A stretch of DNA of 52,316 bases, counting the filler, from Squatina squatina (Eukaryota), in assembly GCA_031763465.1 (NCBI GenBank). It is 2 parts of 2 records of this genome, joined end to end, with 100 filler letters (N's around TTAATTAATTAA, not from the genome) between each part and the next. Parts side by side here need not be neighbours in the genome. Positions count along the whole stretch, not along the records: positions 1 to 31,264 come from JARFOE010000001.1; 1 more part is not named here. One strand, written 5' to 3'. The stretch's first letter is position 1. Each line of letters starts with the position of its first letter. Below are positions 12,655-23,782 of the stretch, piece by piece. The notes under the pieces were generated by a model that did not search any database, was not told the DNA's origin, and was given only the letters and a program-made list of their open reading frames with translations. Position numbers and translations under genes: made by a program.

Positions 12655-13756
12655 TAGAATAAGGCTCCTGGTATTGATAATATAACCACAGAGTTGTTGC
12701 ACACAGGTGAGAAACATACTGAGAAAGTGATGCAAAGACTGTTTGACAAAATTCATGAAGAAGAGCAAGTACCTTCAGACTGGGGAAAAACGATAATAAT
12801 ATCAATCTTCAAATAAGGAGACAAGTGAATTACAGAGGAATCATCTCTCAGTATACCCGGAAAGGTATTTCCCAAAACACTGCGGAGGAGAATGAAAAGA
12901 TACGTAGAAGTGGTACTGCATGAAGAACAAGCTGCTTTCAGACTGGGATGAAGTACAATAGGTCCACTGTTTGTGATAAGACAAGTTTTGGAGAAATTTA
13001 TAGAACACAACATTCATTGTTACAACAACTTCATAGATTTTAAGCAGGCCTTTGACAGTGTTTGGCAGGAAGGGATATGGCAAGACTTGAAGATGTATGA
13101 TATTCCTGAGAAACTTGCCAGACTGATAGAAAACATCTATAGCAAGTCCCTGAGCACTGTTAGAGTGGATAGGAAACTGACGGAATGGTTTAGACAAACA
13201 GTTGGAGTGATACAACATGCACATTGTCGCCTGATTCATTTAATCTAGTACTGGAAGCAGTAATGAACCTTACACTAAAAGATGAAATTCGAGGAGTCTC
13301 CTTATGTGGCAAGATTTCAAACAATCTCAGATTTGCAGATGACATTGACCTTACAGCAACATCAAAAGAGATTTGCAGAGACTAACACATAAGGTGTGTG
13401 TTGAAAATAGAAAATGTGGATTACAGATTAACAAAGAAAATAAAGGTGATGTCATTTGGAAGCATTGAGGATATTTACATATTACAGCTGTAAGGGGTGC
13501 AGTTGAACAGGTGGAAAAGTTTGGATACCTTGGTGTGTCAGTGACAGAGAATATCAAAAGGATTATACATTTTTGCTGCTTTTGGAATATTAAGCAAAAT
13601 ATGGAAAGTTACAGATATTTCAGTAAAAATGAAGGCAAGAGATTATGAAATGATGGTTACCCCCATATTATTATATGGAGCTGAGTGTTGGAACATGAAA
13701 AAGTTGACGAGCAAATTACACTAGCAGCAGAGATGAGTTGGTTGAGAGGTATACTG
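12655..13756 (+). mobile_element. RTE-clade LINE reverse transcriptase pseudogene fragment
   Basis: NKAPGIDNITTELL..VPSDWGKTIIISIFK*GD..SLSIPGKVF..EEQAAFR..FIDFKQAFDSVWQEGIW..IPEKLARLIENIY..LTEWFRQTVGV..FNLVLEAVM..NNLRFADDIDL..GLQINKE..EQVEKFGYLG..ILLYGAECW. All RT motifs are in order with several stops and frameshifts; includes ORF 12973-13248. Confidence 0.9.
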
Positions 13757-15374
13757 NNNNNNNNNNNNNNNNNNNNNNNNNNNNNNNNNNNNNNNNNNNN
13801 NNNNNNNNNNNNNNNNNNNNNNNNNNNNNNNNNNNNNNNNNNNNNNNNNNNNNNNNCTCCTTCTGTGCTGTACTATTCTATGATTTCTTTTCACTCCATG
13901 CACCATTCAAATGAAATTGTCAATTTAATGATCATTTGTCCAGAATTGTAGACTGTGAGCCCACATCTACATAGAATTGGGAAGATACTGGTCAAATTCA
14001 TTTCAGGTCAGACCCTGCTCAACCAGCAGAAAAAAAAGACTATCATTCCACAGTTTGGACCGGAACCAAATCCATGTTACAGAGATGAAAGAGTAATTTT
14101 ATTTTTTTTTCTAGCATTAGTTTTTGCCCAGAGGCTAAACAGGTCCTGTGTGAACTTCAAAATGTTTCTCAGATCTCTAAGTTGACAGTATTTTTAAAAT
14201 CTTGGTTTTCTTTTCCTTGGCCTACACTTTCTGTGTTAGACCTAATGTAAACAAATTCCCAGCAAGGACAATAAAATCCTGAACCTTTTTTGTTGGTTCT
14301 GAATGACAGATCTTTAATGACATCGTTCGTGGGAAAATATTCAGTAAGAGACAGTTGAATTAGTCACGGAATATAATAACATGTAGCTAGTCAGTAAAAG
14401 ACATTCAGTCAGAATTGTATTAAAAAATTCTTGAGGAATTTAACATTTTTCTCCACAGAGAGACTAGCTGCATCTGACATTGACAAATGTATGGAAAATA
14501 NNNNNNNNNNNNNNNNNNNNNNNNNNNNNNNNNNNNNNNNNNNNNNNNNNNNNNNNNNNNNNNNNNNNNNNNNNNNNNNNNNNNNNNNNNNNNNNNNNNN
14601 NNNNNNNNNNNNNNNNNNNNNNNNNNNNNNNNNNNNNNNNNNNNNNNNNNNNNNNNNNNNNNNNNNNNNNNNNNNNNNNNNNATTAATGATTTGTGGGAT
14701 GTATTATATCTACATTGACAAAAACAATACTGTATGCTCTCAGTTTAAATGGGAGATGGGAGCTAATAATTCTGTGCATGGGGCACTGGTGCCCCATGTT
14801 ACCAGGTCAAGAAGCAGATTCAGTGCCCGTTGTGCATTGTGCTTCATATTAAAATCTAGAAGTGCGTGTGGCTCTGTGAGCTGTGCACCTGCTGTGTGCT
14901 GGGATCATTAAGGCCTGGAGAAAAACACTAATGAGGTCAGAGCCCCATAATGTGGTCAAAGTGGCAGAACAGCGCTCCAGGCACTCATTGCTCATATAAA
15001 ATGGACGCAGCATGGGAGGCACAGTTGCCATGTTGGGTCCTTTCTCTTAAAATGGACTCATCTGTTTTTTAACTTGCTGTGAGTATTTGTTCTGCTTGTT
15101 TCCATTAACTCTGTTGCTTCTTTCCTGTTTTGCTCTGTTTCCAAAACTGAACTTATTCAGAGATTCTTAAAGCTGTACCCCCATCTGCTATCTCTGCCAA
15201 TTTCCCCAGGGGATTGATGTTGGGTGCCCCTATATAGGAGCTAAGGAGATTCCTCTGGGCATCCTCTCTATTTGCAGATTCTGGAGGAAGAGGTGAATCA
15301 GAGAAAGCTTGTAAGAAGGTGTGTTTATAACTTATGCAATTAAGTAAGAGTTATGTTATCACCTGGTCAAGGCA

Positions 15375-15573
15375 ATAGTACTTGGATATGGCTGAAAAAC
15401 CTACATGCTGACACTATTGCTGCGATTTCATCTACCTCCGTGGGTCCGATATGGCCAGATCCCGACCTTGCTGCTGGTTCCAGCCCGCTGTGTAGAAATG
15501 ATTTTCCCGCCCAGCACGTTCCTGGGCTAATTGAAGGAAGCAGGTCTGATGATATAATTTGATGACGTGTCAT
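15375..15573. mobile_element. MITE-like DNA transposon remnant
   Basis: Abrupt GC/CpG-rich block (gatcccgaccttgctgctggttccagcccgc..gattttcccgcccagc..ggctaattgaaggaagcagg) running into a gap. Confidence 0.4.
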
Positions 15574-15799
15574 NNNNNNNNNNNNNNNNNNNNNNNNNNN
15601 NNNNNNNNNNNNNNNNNNNNNNNNNNNNNNNNNNNNNNNNNNNNNNNNNNNNNNNNNNNNNNNNNNNNNNNNNTTTCCCAAAAAGGTAATTTTCATTTTA
15701 CACTTCCAGAGATTATGTACATCATGATTTCCTTACTGTTGTTGCCACTCATGGCCGTAAAGCAGAAAAGGCAGTCCAAAATCTCTCTGAATTATTAAA

Positions 15800-16500
15800 G
15801 ATATGGCCCTTTGTTGCACAGTGCCATCAGTTAATTAATGAGCTTTGCTCTTCAGTGCCATCAGATGATCTTTTAAAAAATCCATAAAAATAAATGTTTA
15901 GGATTTATCGTTTTATTTTAAGAACAAGGAATGCAGATCAAACTAGTTTATGTCTTAAAAATTCATTAGCCTTGGACCAATTTCAAGGCACATTTTGTTC
16001 TTATCATAAGACTAAAAATTTCTCCTCAGTTCGTGAGCTCGATACCCATTCCTGAATGTGTGTGGCTGCCACATCTGGTCATTGGATGGACAGCTCGCCG
16101 TAGCGCCTTTGTTTCAGGTGTTGTCAAAACAGCATAAATAACAACCTAGTTTTAAAAAATGATAAACTGACCGTAACAATTGCCTATTACTGCAAATGAG
16201 TTTGCTTGCAAGCTGGTGCTGTAATTAAATGTGACGGGAACAGATGTTGTACACATGGCAATAAACAAAGAGCTTTGTTGAGCAGATGTTGAAAAAGGCA
16301 TTTTTGCATATATTTCAACTAACTAGACGGTGTTGTTTAGGATAGGCTGTACAGGCTCTGTCAAAGCCAGTAAAACAAATCAAATATTTCCACTTTTTTT
16401 GTAATATATTGCACTGGGAAGTGCTTTATGGTTTCCATTGTAATTTAAAAACACACATAAAAAATGCCGCAGTGACGAGATGCCATGCATATTCAGAGAC
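15800..16500. promoter_or_regulatory. Candidate conserved non-coding element (enhancer-like)
   Basis: Repeat-free; TTAATTAAT and TAATTA homeodomain cores, E-boxes CATCTG/CAGATG, forkhead ATAAACA, and an inverted Sox pair AACAAA-GAGC-TTTGTT at 16264-16279. Conservation untested. Confidence 0.35.
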
Positions 16501-17845
16501 TCAAAAAAAATTCTTTGGAATGTTCTTTGTAGAATTTTTCTGAAGGTCACAGAGGAATATTGTAGCTGGCTGCAATATGCTAATTAGACTGTGCGAGATG
16601 CCACATGTACAATTAGCTGAGCCATGGATCAATAAGGCACCAGGGAAATGCTCTTGTGTGACTGCCCTGAGTCCAACTAATTTTCTGTGGAAACACATCT
16701 GATGATACATGACATATGAAAAACATAATTTTGAAAAAAGTAATACAATTATTTCAAGGTAACAAGGGAAAATTATAAAAGAGAAAACCTAGAACAGATA
16801 TGCAACCAGATCACTTTAAGGAATAGGAAGAATGTGAAAAATAAATGTGAAAAAGAAATAATGAAAATAAATACAGTCTAGTCCAGATAATTCAAGTTGT
16901 TTTCATGCTAAAAAATTATCCAATAATTTGAATGAACCAACTTAAATAACACAGCAAAGCGGGATTTTACTGGTAAAGAAAATTGAATTACCAAATAATT
17001 TGAATTGAGCAGCTTTGAATTGGGATAAGACTAGGATGTGTAAACATTTGTATAATTGTATTTCCAAGTAATTTAAGTTTATTTTGGGAAGAAGCTTTAT
17101 AGGGAACAAGTACTTGATTAACTGCAGATGCTAAAAGTCATGTTCCAAACATCATTCATACTGCCAAGAAAATGACATGTAGTCCGCATTTTGTCGGATT
17201 TTGTTAGCTTCTTAGTAAGAGTTTGAATTCATGTGGAATATTTTGTGACTGGCTGTGCCAGTTACAGGATGCCAGCAGTTGCGTTGTTCAGCAAGGAATA
17301 ATGTATACACTGTTCTAAGCAGAAGCTGAGGTATGAGGCATCATGGGACTTTCAAAATAAATTTCAAGTGGAAAATCTGAAGTTTCCCTTGGCTAATCCA
17401 CCCTGCATAATTTAAATTACTGTTTTGTTACTGTGTTGAATTTTGCCAGTTGGGCAGAAAGACGGTTATAATTGGCAGTATTTTCCCATGTTTATCTAAA
17501 TGTGACTTGGGTACATGAATAAGGGGCACCCTGATGATGGGAGCATGCTATTGTAAAGGGAAATTAAGAAATGGCAGAACAATTANNNNNNNNNNNNNNN
17601 NNNNNNNNNNNNNNNNNNNNNNNNNNNNNNNNNNNNNNNNNNNNNNNNNNNNNNNNNNNNNNNNNNNNNNNNNNNNNNNNNNNNNCCAGTGCTCCTTGTC
17701 CATCTGGCTGTTGCAGCCTGTTCCTTTGCTCCTGTCTCCATCTTCTCCTCCCGATGAGGTACTCCCTCAGGTGCAGCAGAATAAGATGGTTCACAATCAG
17801 AACAGCAGCCATACTGATGGGCCGAATGGTTTAAAAAGTGCATTA

Positions 17846-17994
17846 AGGGAATAATTTGTTGCAAATTATGCATTTTCTTTAAATGCTTGCCATTGTTTAT
17901 GTAATGTCCTATTTTTTAATCTATTTTCCCAATCTACCTTAGCCAACTCGCCCCTCATGCCTATGTAGTTTGCTTTGCTCAGGCTTAAGACTCT
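17846..17994 (-). mobile_element. CR1 LINE ORF2 internal fragment
   Basis: Reverse translation RVLSLSKANYIGMRGELAKVDWENRLKNRTLHKQWQAFKE, the typical CR1 segment between endonuclease and RT. Confidence 0.85.
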
Positions 17995-18796
17995 TGAATT
18001 GTACGGTCAGAAGTTAAGGTTCTCCATTTGTATTGACATAGGTAAAATCGACCCTTACAACTTTAGCACCAGTACACAGTTAAACTGCTTCAGACCAACG
18101 GCACCATTGTAAAATAAATGCAGCTATTAATAGCTATGCAGACAAAGCTATTAATAAAGTTGTAATAAAATAGATTAAGCTATTATGAAATAGAAAAAGC
18201 ACTTGATCCTTAATGAGTTCAGGCAGTCTCAGTTAATTCCCAGTGAATACAAAACCATGGAACTAAACTGCCCTGATATTCAGCACTAATTGGCACTAAT
18301 TAGAGTAATTTCACTTAAGAGAGCCACAAGGATGCAAAGTATGGGAAGTGAAAATATTACATTGGTGCACCAGGGGCTTATTGTCAAGGAATAAATAGAA
18401 AACTGCAATATTCCTGGCCTGACGGCATTTGAAACTGTAATACATTGAAATGTATTAATTTACAAGCATTTCTTCTCCTAATTGCAATCATGAACTTACA
18501 TGAATATATGNNNNNNNNNNNNNNNNNNNNNNNNNNNNNNNNNNNNNNNNNNNNNNNNNNNNNNNNNNNNNNNNNNNNNNNNNNNNNNNNNNNNNNNNNN
18601 NNNNNNNNNNTCAAAACAAAATTGTTTCTGGGAAGAATACAATTCTTTTGATGCTGCAGCCAGGTTTTGCCCAAGCAATTCATATTCCAGGGATAGTTGA
18701 CATTTTTAGCACATACGTATTCATTTTGAAATCCTTGGAAAATATGAGTGTGTTCTGTTTATGAAGCAATGAAGATGTCAACATAGAAACATTCCC

Positions 18797-18814
18797 TTCC
18801 ACTAGATGGCAGGG
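18797..18814 (+). promoter_or_regulatory. CTCF core binding motif
   Basis: TTCCACTAGATGGCAGGG matches CCASYAGRKGGCRS. Confidence 0.6.
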
Positions 18815-21339
18815 ATTTCACACAAAAAGAATTCACAAACCCAATGAACCATGGCTTTTGCTCCACGGGAAAAAAAGAAAAGGGGAAAAAAAACAAACGT
18901 TCTGTTTATTTATCTATCCAGCTCTTAGCAGTGGTGCCGATTCTGATTTTATCTGATACTTTCCCTTTGGAAATTGTTTTATAATTTGAAAGGAAAGAAC
19001 ATCGGTAAAAAAATATTTTGTGGATTCCTCCCCGGTCATTTGCACATTGTTTATTATTTTACATGAATTATCCAAATAAATCCCCAGTGCCCAGAACGTG
19101 CTGTCGACAGTCAACAGGGAAAATAGGAGGGAAAAAAGCGAGTCTGACACGTGCCATTGGAACAGTTTTTGCCATACTGTACAACAGGAACTTGAAAGTC
19201 AGACTGTGTTGTTTGTGTGTTGTAAGAGGTGATTAAAACATTACAAAAGCCTATAATAAAAATAAATTTCAGACAGGATTTTCAAAGTGCTTCAAAGCAC
19301 AATTCTTTCTTTCTGAATATCGACTCATGAGGACAGCAGTATTTGATGTATATATAAATAATTATCTGCTGTCAAATNNNNNNNNNNNNNNNNNNNNNNN
19401 NNNNNNNNNNNNNNNNNNNNNNNNNNNNNNNNNNNNNNNNNNNNNNNNNNNNNNNNNNNNNNNNNNNNNNNNNNNNNGGGGCCCCGATACTTTGTGGGAT
19501 CATGAATTGATGATTTGATGATAAAGAGGGAACTAAAGAAAAAGTACGGCATAAATATATCCTCTTTTCCAATTGATTTTAAAAAGGTGTTCCTCCAAAA
19601 CAAAAATACAAGTTGTGTACTAAATGGCTGGGTCAAAATAATGGCAGCCATGTTATTACTAGAGTCTGTGAGTACTCCACAGACATCAATTTGGTTGAAC
19701 AATATGCTTTGTTTGCACAGTAAGCATTTTAAAATGAGTTGGTGAATGGCGTATATTAAAACCAAATATACCCTGTTTTGTACTGCAATGGAAATAGCTT
19801 CATCATGGGAACTCGTTCACTCTAATCAACTGGGGTCTTATAGCTTCGGCTCTATTTAATGTTACTAGTCAGGATGGAATTCCTACAAATGAAAAATATA
19901 TTTAGACTAGAGACAGAACTGTTCCCATGCTACATTGAAGGTCGTTGCAGGTCAAATAAGGGTATGGTTGAGATGCCACCTGTGGAACTATCCACAGCCT
20001 GATACCTCCGCTTGGTGATGAGCTTAATTTTGGAGGCGAGGGAATGAAAAGACAAGACTCCAGCAGATTCTAAACTTCTGATTAATGAGGATGGATTCTA
20101 AAGTTTCCTTTGAGTGCTGGATTTGGTACAGATGAAAACCCAGCTATCATGAATAGTTTATAAAATACTGATATAGTTAACTTGCAAGGTGATCAGAAGT
20201 CTCAATGTCATTTCAGTCTGATGGGAATCTGTATTTACGACTGAGCTTTTGACCTCACAGGGAATTACTTTTCATTTTTACCTGTTTGTAACTGAGTGCC
20301 AATGGCATCCAAAGAATTGCTTCTACTGTAAAATGATAAGGTTACAGCACATCTAGTATTACTGGGAGAATTGACTGGTCTCTCCCACAGCGGCCCTGTC
20401 ATCTCTAGTGTTCAAGGTCATTTATTCCATTACTACAGTTCTTTCCAAGGGACTATAACTCATTGTCGAACAGATATATCATGCATCATATATGCTGACA
20501 ACTCTTTGATTTAGTTCACTCTGTGGCTCCCTGACAGCATTCATATTCTGTAATGTCAATGGGTCTAACCCTGCTTGTTCTATGTGAACAGTCTTGTTAC
20601 ACTGTTTTCCAGATTCTAATGCTAACTTAAAGAAGCAATGGCCACTTTTGGTTAACTTATTCAGGTATATCTAAAAATTATTACAAAGCAGTTCTCTGCT
20701 AGGTACAGTATTCTTTATTAAGTGGATTTTCTTGCTTAGTTTATTGAAGCCAGAGAACACTCAGTAGTGGCTCAAACAATTGTGCATATACATAGGCTCC
20801 TATTCTATGCACTCGTGTGCATATATGTATTTGTGTGCATATGCTGTTATACCTGTGCATGTGTGAGCAATTGTTTTCTCAGAATTGTGCAAGGTAAATA
20901 GGGCTCAAGACAAACCTGGAAAGCTGAATAAAACCTGCGNNNNNNNNNNNNNNNNNNNNNNNNNNNNNNNNNNNNNNNNNNNNNNNNNNNNNNNNNNNNN
21001 NNNNNNNNNNNNNNNNNNNNNNNNNNNNNNNNNNNNNNNCCTTAGCTCCACCACTCACTCAGACCTCAGTTTCTTGAGTCTGGCTTCAGCCACTTCAGCG
21101 AGCTGTCAGATGAATGCTGAACTTTTCTCCTTGAGTGGCCTCAGATCTCCTTGAAGGAGGCCCGCTCTCCTACAGGCTTGTCTGTCCCCCGTTGCTCAGC
21201 ACTGTTGTCATAGTCTGGTGTGACTGGCTTCACTCTGGTGCAAATTCCTTCAGACAGCCATGATTTCCTGGAATCGGCATTAATTTCTTGTGTCTGAAGT
21301 GATTTGCAGCAATGTCAACTCAGGGCCTGGAATGATGCA

Positions 21340-21550
21340 TCTGTGCGCCTCGACTCCGCAGCCAGCAGGTCGCCTCTGCACACTGCACCTAAAGTCCCGA
21401 CTTAGCACCTCCCAAAAGCGCCTTGCCTAAAAACTTTTTTAAAAGAAACAAATTTTGCAACGTCATTGCACCTCCGGATTTAGGCGCTATTAAAGCGCTA
21501 ACATTTTGTGTAGCGCCTCAGCGAAAGTGCAACCAAATTTCGTCCCCTAG
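21340..21550 (-). mobile_element. GC-rich PIF/Harbinger-type MITE end
   Basis: Repeated tagcgc/gcgcta motifs ending aaatttcgtcccctag (reverse complement CTAGGGGACGAAATTT), similar to CTAGGGCGGCGAATTT at 26501. Confidence 0.55.
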
Positions 21551-22641
21551 GTGAGCGATATGCAAATTCAGAGGAAATCATTTGTCATTTTGAAGTTTTA
21601 TGTTTCTGTGTTAATAAGTGGAACATGAGCTAAAATAGAAGAATTGCAGTATGGCTGTCTTTGGTCGCTCTGAAAAATATCATAAACATCAGAGGAGATT
21701 TACATGGTCTCTCTCCTTCCTCACCTCACTGCAGACCTGAAAGGTATATAATGGGAGACGCAATAAATTTGTCAGCTTATAGTTTTCATGACATTGCAAA
21801 AATGCAGTGAGTTACACCTTAGTGTTGAAATTACATCGCCCCCTCCAATATTGAGGTCGCGACCAAAGTCAGAAAATTATGCTGTAAACAAAAATTAAAT
21901 CCATTTTTCTTCACTGCAAATCAATTTTTATTTATTTTTATTTTTAANNNNNNNNNNNNNNNNNNNNNNNNNNNNNNNNNNNNNNNNNNNNNNNNNNNNN
22001 NNNNNNNNNNNNNNNNNNNNNNNNNNNNNNNNNNNNNNNNNNNNNNNATAATTAACCTGCAGGCTAAATAACATGGATGCCTACACAAAGTGTTTAAGTA
22101 ATTTAATGGAGCTTGAACCAAAGTCCTTTCCACTTGTTCTTGCCTTGACAATATCATCTGTGTAGTATTTGCTTGCAGTTAATGGACATCAGCATGTCAG
22201 ATGTTGCTGTCAATTGTGTTATAAGCATTAATGCTTTGGTTTTAAATACTGAGGGAGTGGGGGTAGTGCCCCCCAGGGCGGGCCAATGGGAGTTGCAAAC
22301 CATGCGAATTTCTCCCCCTGAATGTTCTATGGATTCCACATTAACAAATGTCCATACTTATGAAGGAAGACATTGTTATCAGAATGATTTTCTGAAAATA
22401 CATTCATATGGTTTTGTAATTAGTAACTTTAAAGTAACAATATTGTACATGGTGGAAATTGAGTGCAGAATATTAGGGATGAGCATTAGTTGGACATTTT
22501 TTGGGGGCTTAATTGTTTTGTAAATTTTAGTTTTTAAATTCCGAAAGCTGGCTCTGTGCCAACTGTAGTTATACTGCAGCCAATGAGAAACGAGAGTGAT
22601 GTAATACTACCTCCTCCAGACGATCTTATGCCTGGAACCAA

Positions 22642-22713
22642 GGGCGCCCAATTCGATTGCCCTAAGTTTCGGGCGCTAACGGATGAATATTTGGGCATTA
22701 CGTTTTGGTCTTA
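22642..22713 (+). mobile_element. PIF/Harbinger-type MITE left end
   Basis: GGGCGCCCAATTCGATTG terminal motif followed by gggcgctaac; truncated by a gap. Confidence 0.55.
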
Positions 22714-23639
22714 NNNNNNNNNNNNNNNNNNNNNNNNNNNNNNNNNNNNNNNNNNNNNNNNNNNNNNNNNNNNNNNNNNNNNNNNNNNNNNNNNNNNNNN
22801 NNNNNNNNNNNNNATTACGCCTCCACTTCATTACCTCCTCATCATTCCACTTATAGCAAATAAATTACATTTTTAAAAATCATGTTTCTGTAAATCACTC
22901 AGATACATTTGATCAACAAAATATTAAGATCCGAGAAGCAGCTCAGGTTTGATTTGCTAAGTAGTAATGAGATGATATAGGCTGCTGGGATATGGTTGTC
23001 CTAATAATACTGGACACTTAATTAAATGACTAAGCTTGACCTTTAGGGGTTAATAACATTTCTTATCTGAACCATTAGAGTGTTCTTGGTTTTCTTAATG
23101 AGGATCTAATTTGTTTTCACACAGAATCAGATGCCAACGGCAGCAGCACCACACTGTATGCTAAATCTATATGTGTAGTGTCCTGTCTGGTAACAAAATA
23201 AATAGGGGATGCGTGTCATTGGTGATGGGCTAATGGGATAAAGTCTGCATCTCAAAACCCTTTCGAACACAAGATACACACTGTCTTTCTCATAATGTCA
23301 TTGCTGTATCTCAATCTATTATAAGCTATAAAGGCAAAGCAGTGTAAGAGGCAACAGAAGAACTCAAGGTAAAGGAAGGCTTCTANNNNNNNNNNNNNNN
23401 NNNNNNNNNNNNNNNNNNNNNNNNNNNNNNNNNNNNNNNNNNNNNNNNNNNNNNNNNNNNNNNNNNNNNNNNNNNNNNNNNNNNNAGCCTCCTCTCCAGT
23501 TCCTCCAAGACTGACCTAAGCAGTGGTTGTGTGTGGGGGAAAGGCCCCTCTTTAAGTAGTGAGGTGGCCTGTTGGCTGATTGGTAACAGTTAGGCTCATA
23601 CTGCAATTGGACTTGTCAAATAAACTAAAATAATCAGCC

Positions 23640-23782
23640 CTTTAGAGCTGAAATTAGCACGTTTTTTTAAGCTGTCAGATTTTTTTTCTATGTACCAAAT
23701 TGCTGGCCTTAAAGGGAGAGCACCGAACCCAGAACTTTGCACTCAACAATTCGTCTGTTATCGCCAGTCGAATTGGCCGCCC
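23640..23782 (-). mobile_element. PIF/Harbinger-type MITE right end
   Basis: Ends cagtcgaattggccgccc|taa (reverse complement GGGCGGCCAATTCGACTG) with a TAA flank, the TWA target preference of Harbinger elements. Confidence 0.55.

Noticed and set aside
17686-17825. Possible Harbinger transposase N-terminus (MAAVLIVNHLILLHLREYLIGRRRWRQEQR)
   Set aside because: Low-complexity resemblance only; no DDE motif is visible before the gap.
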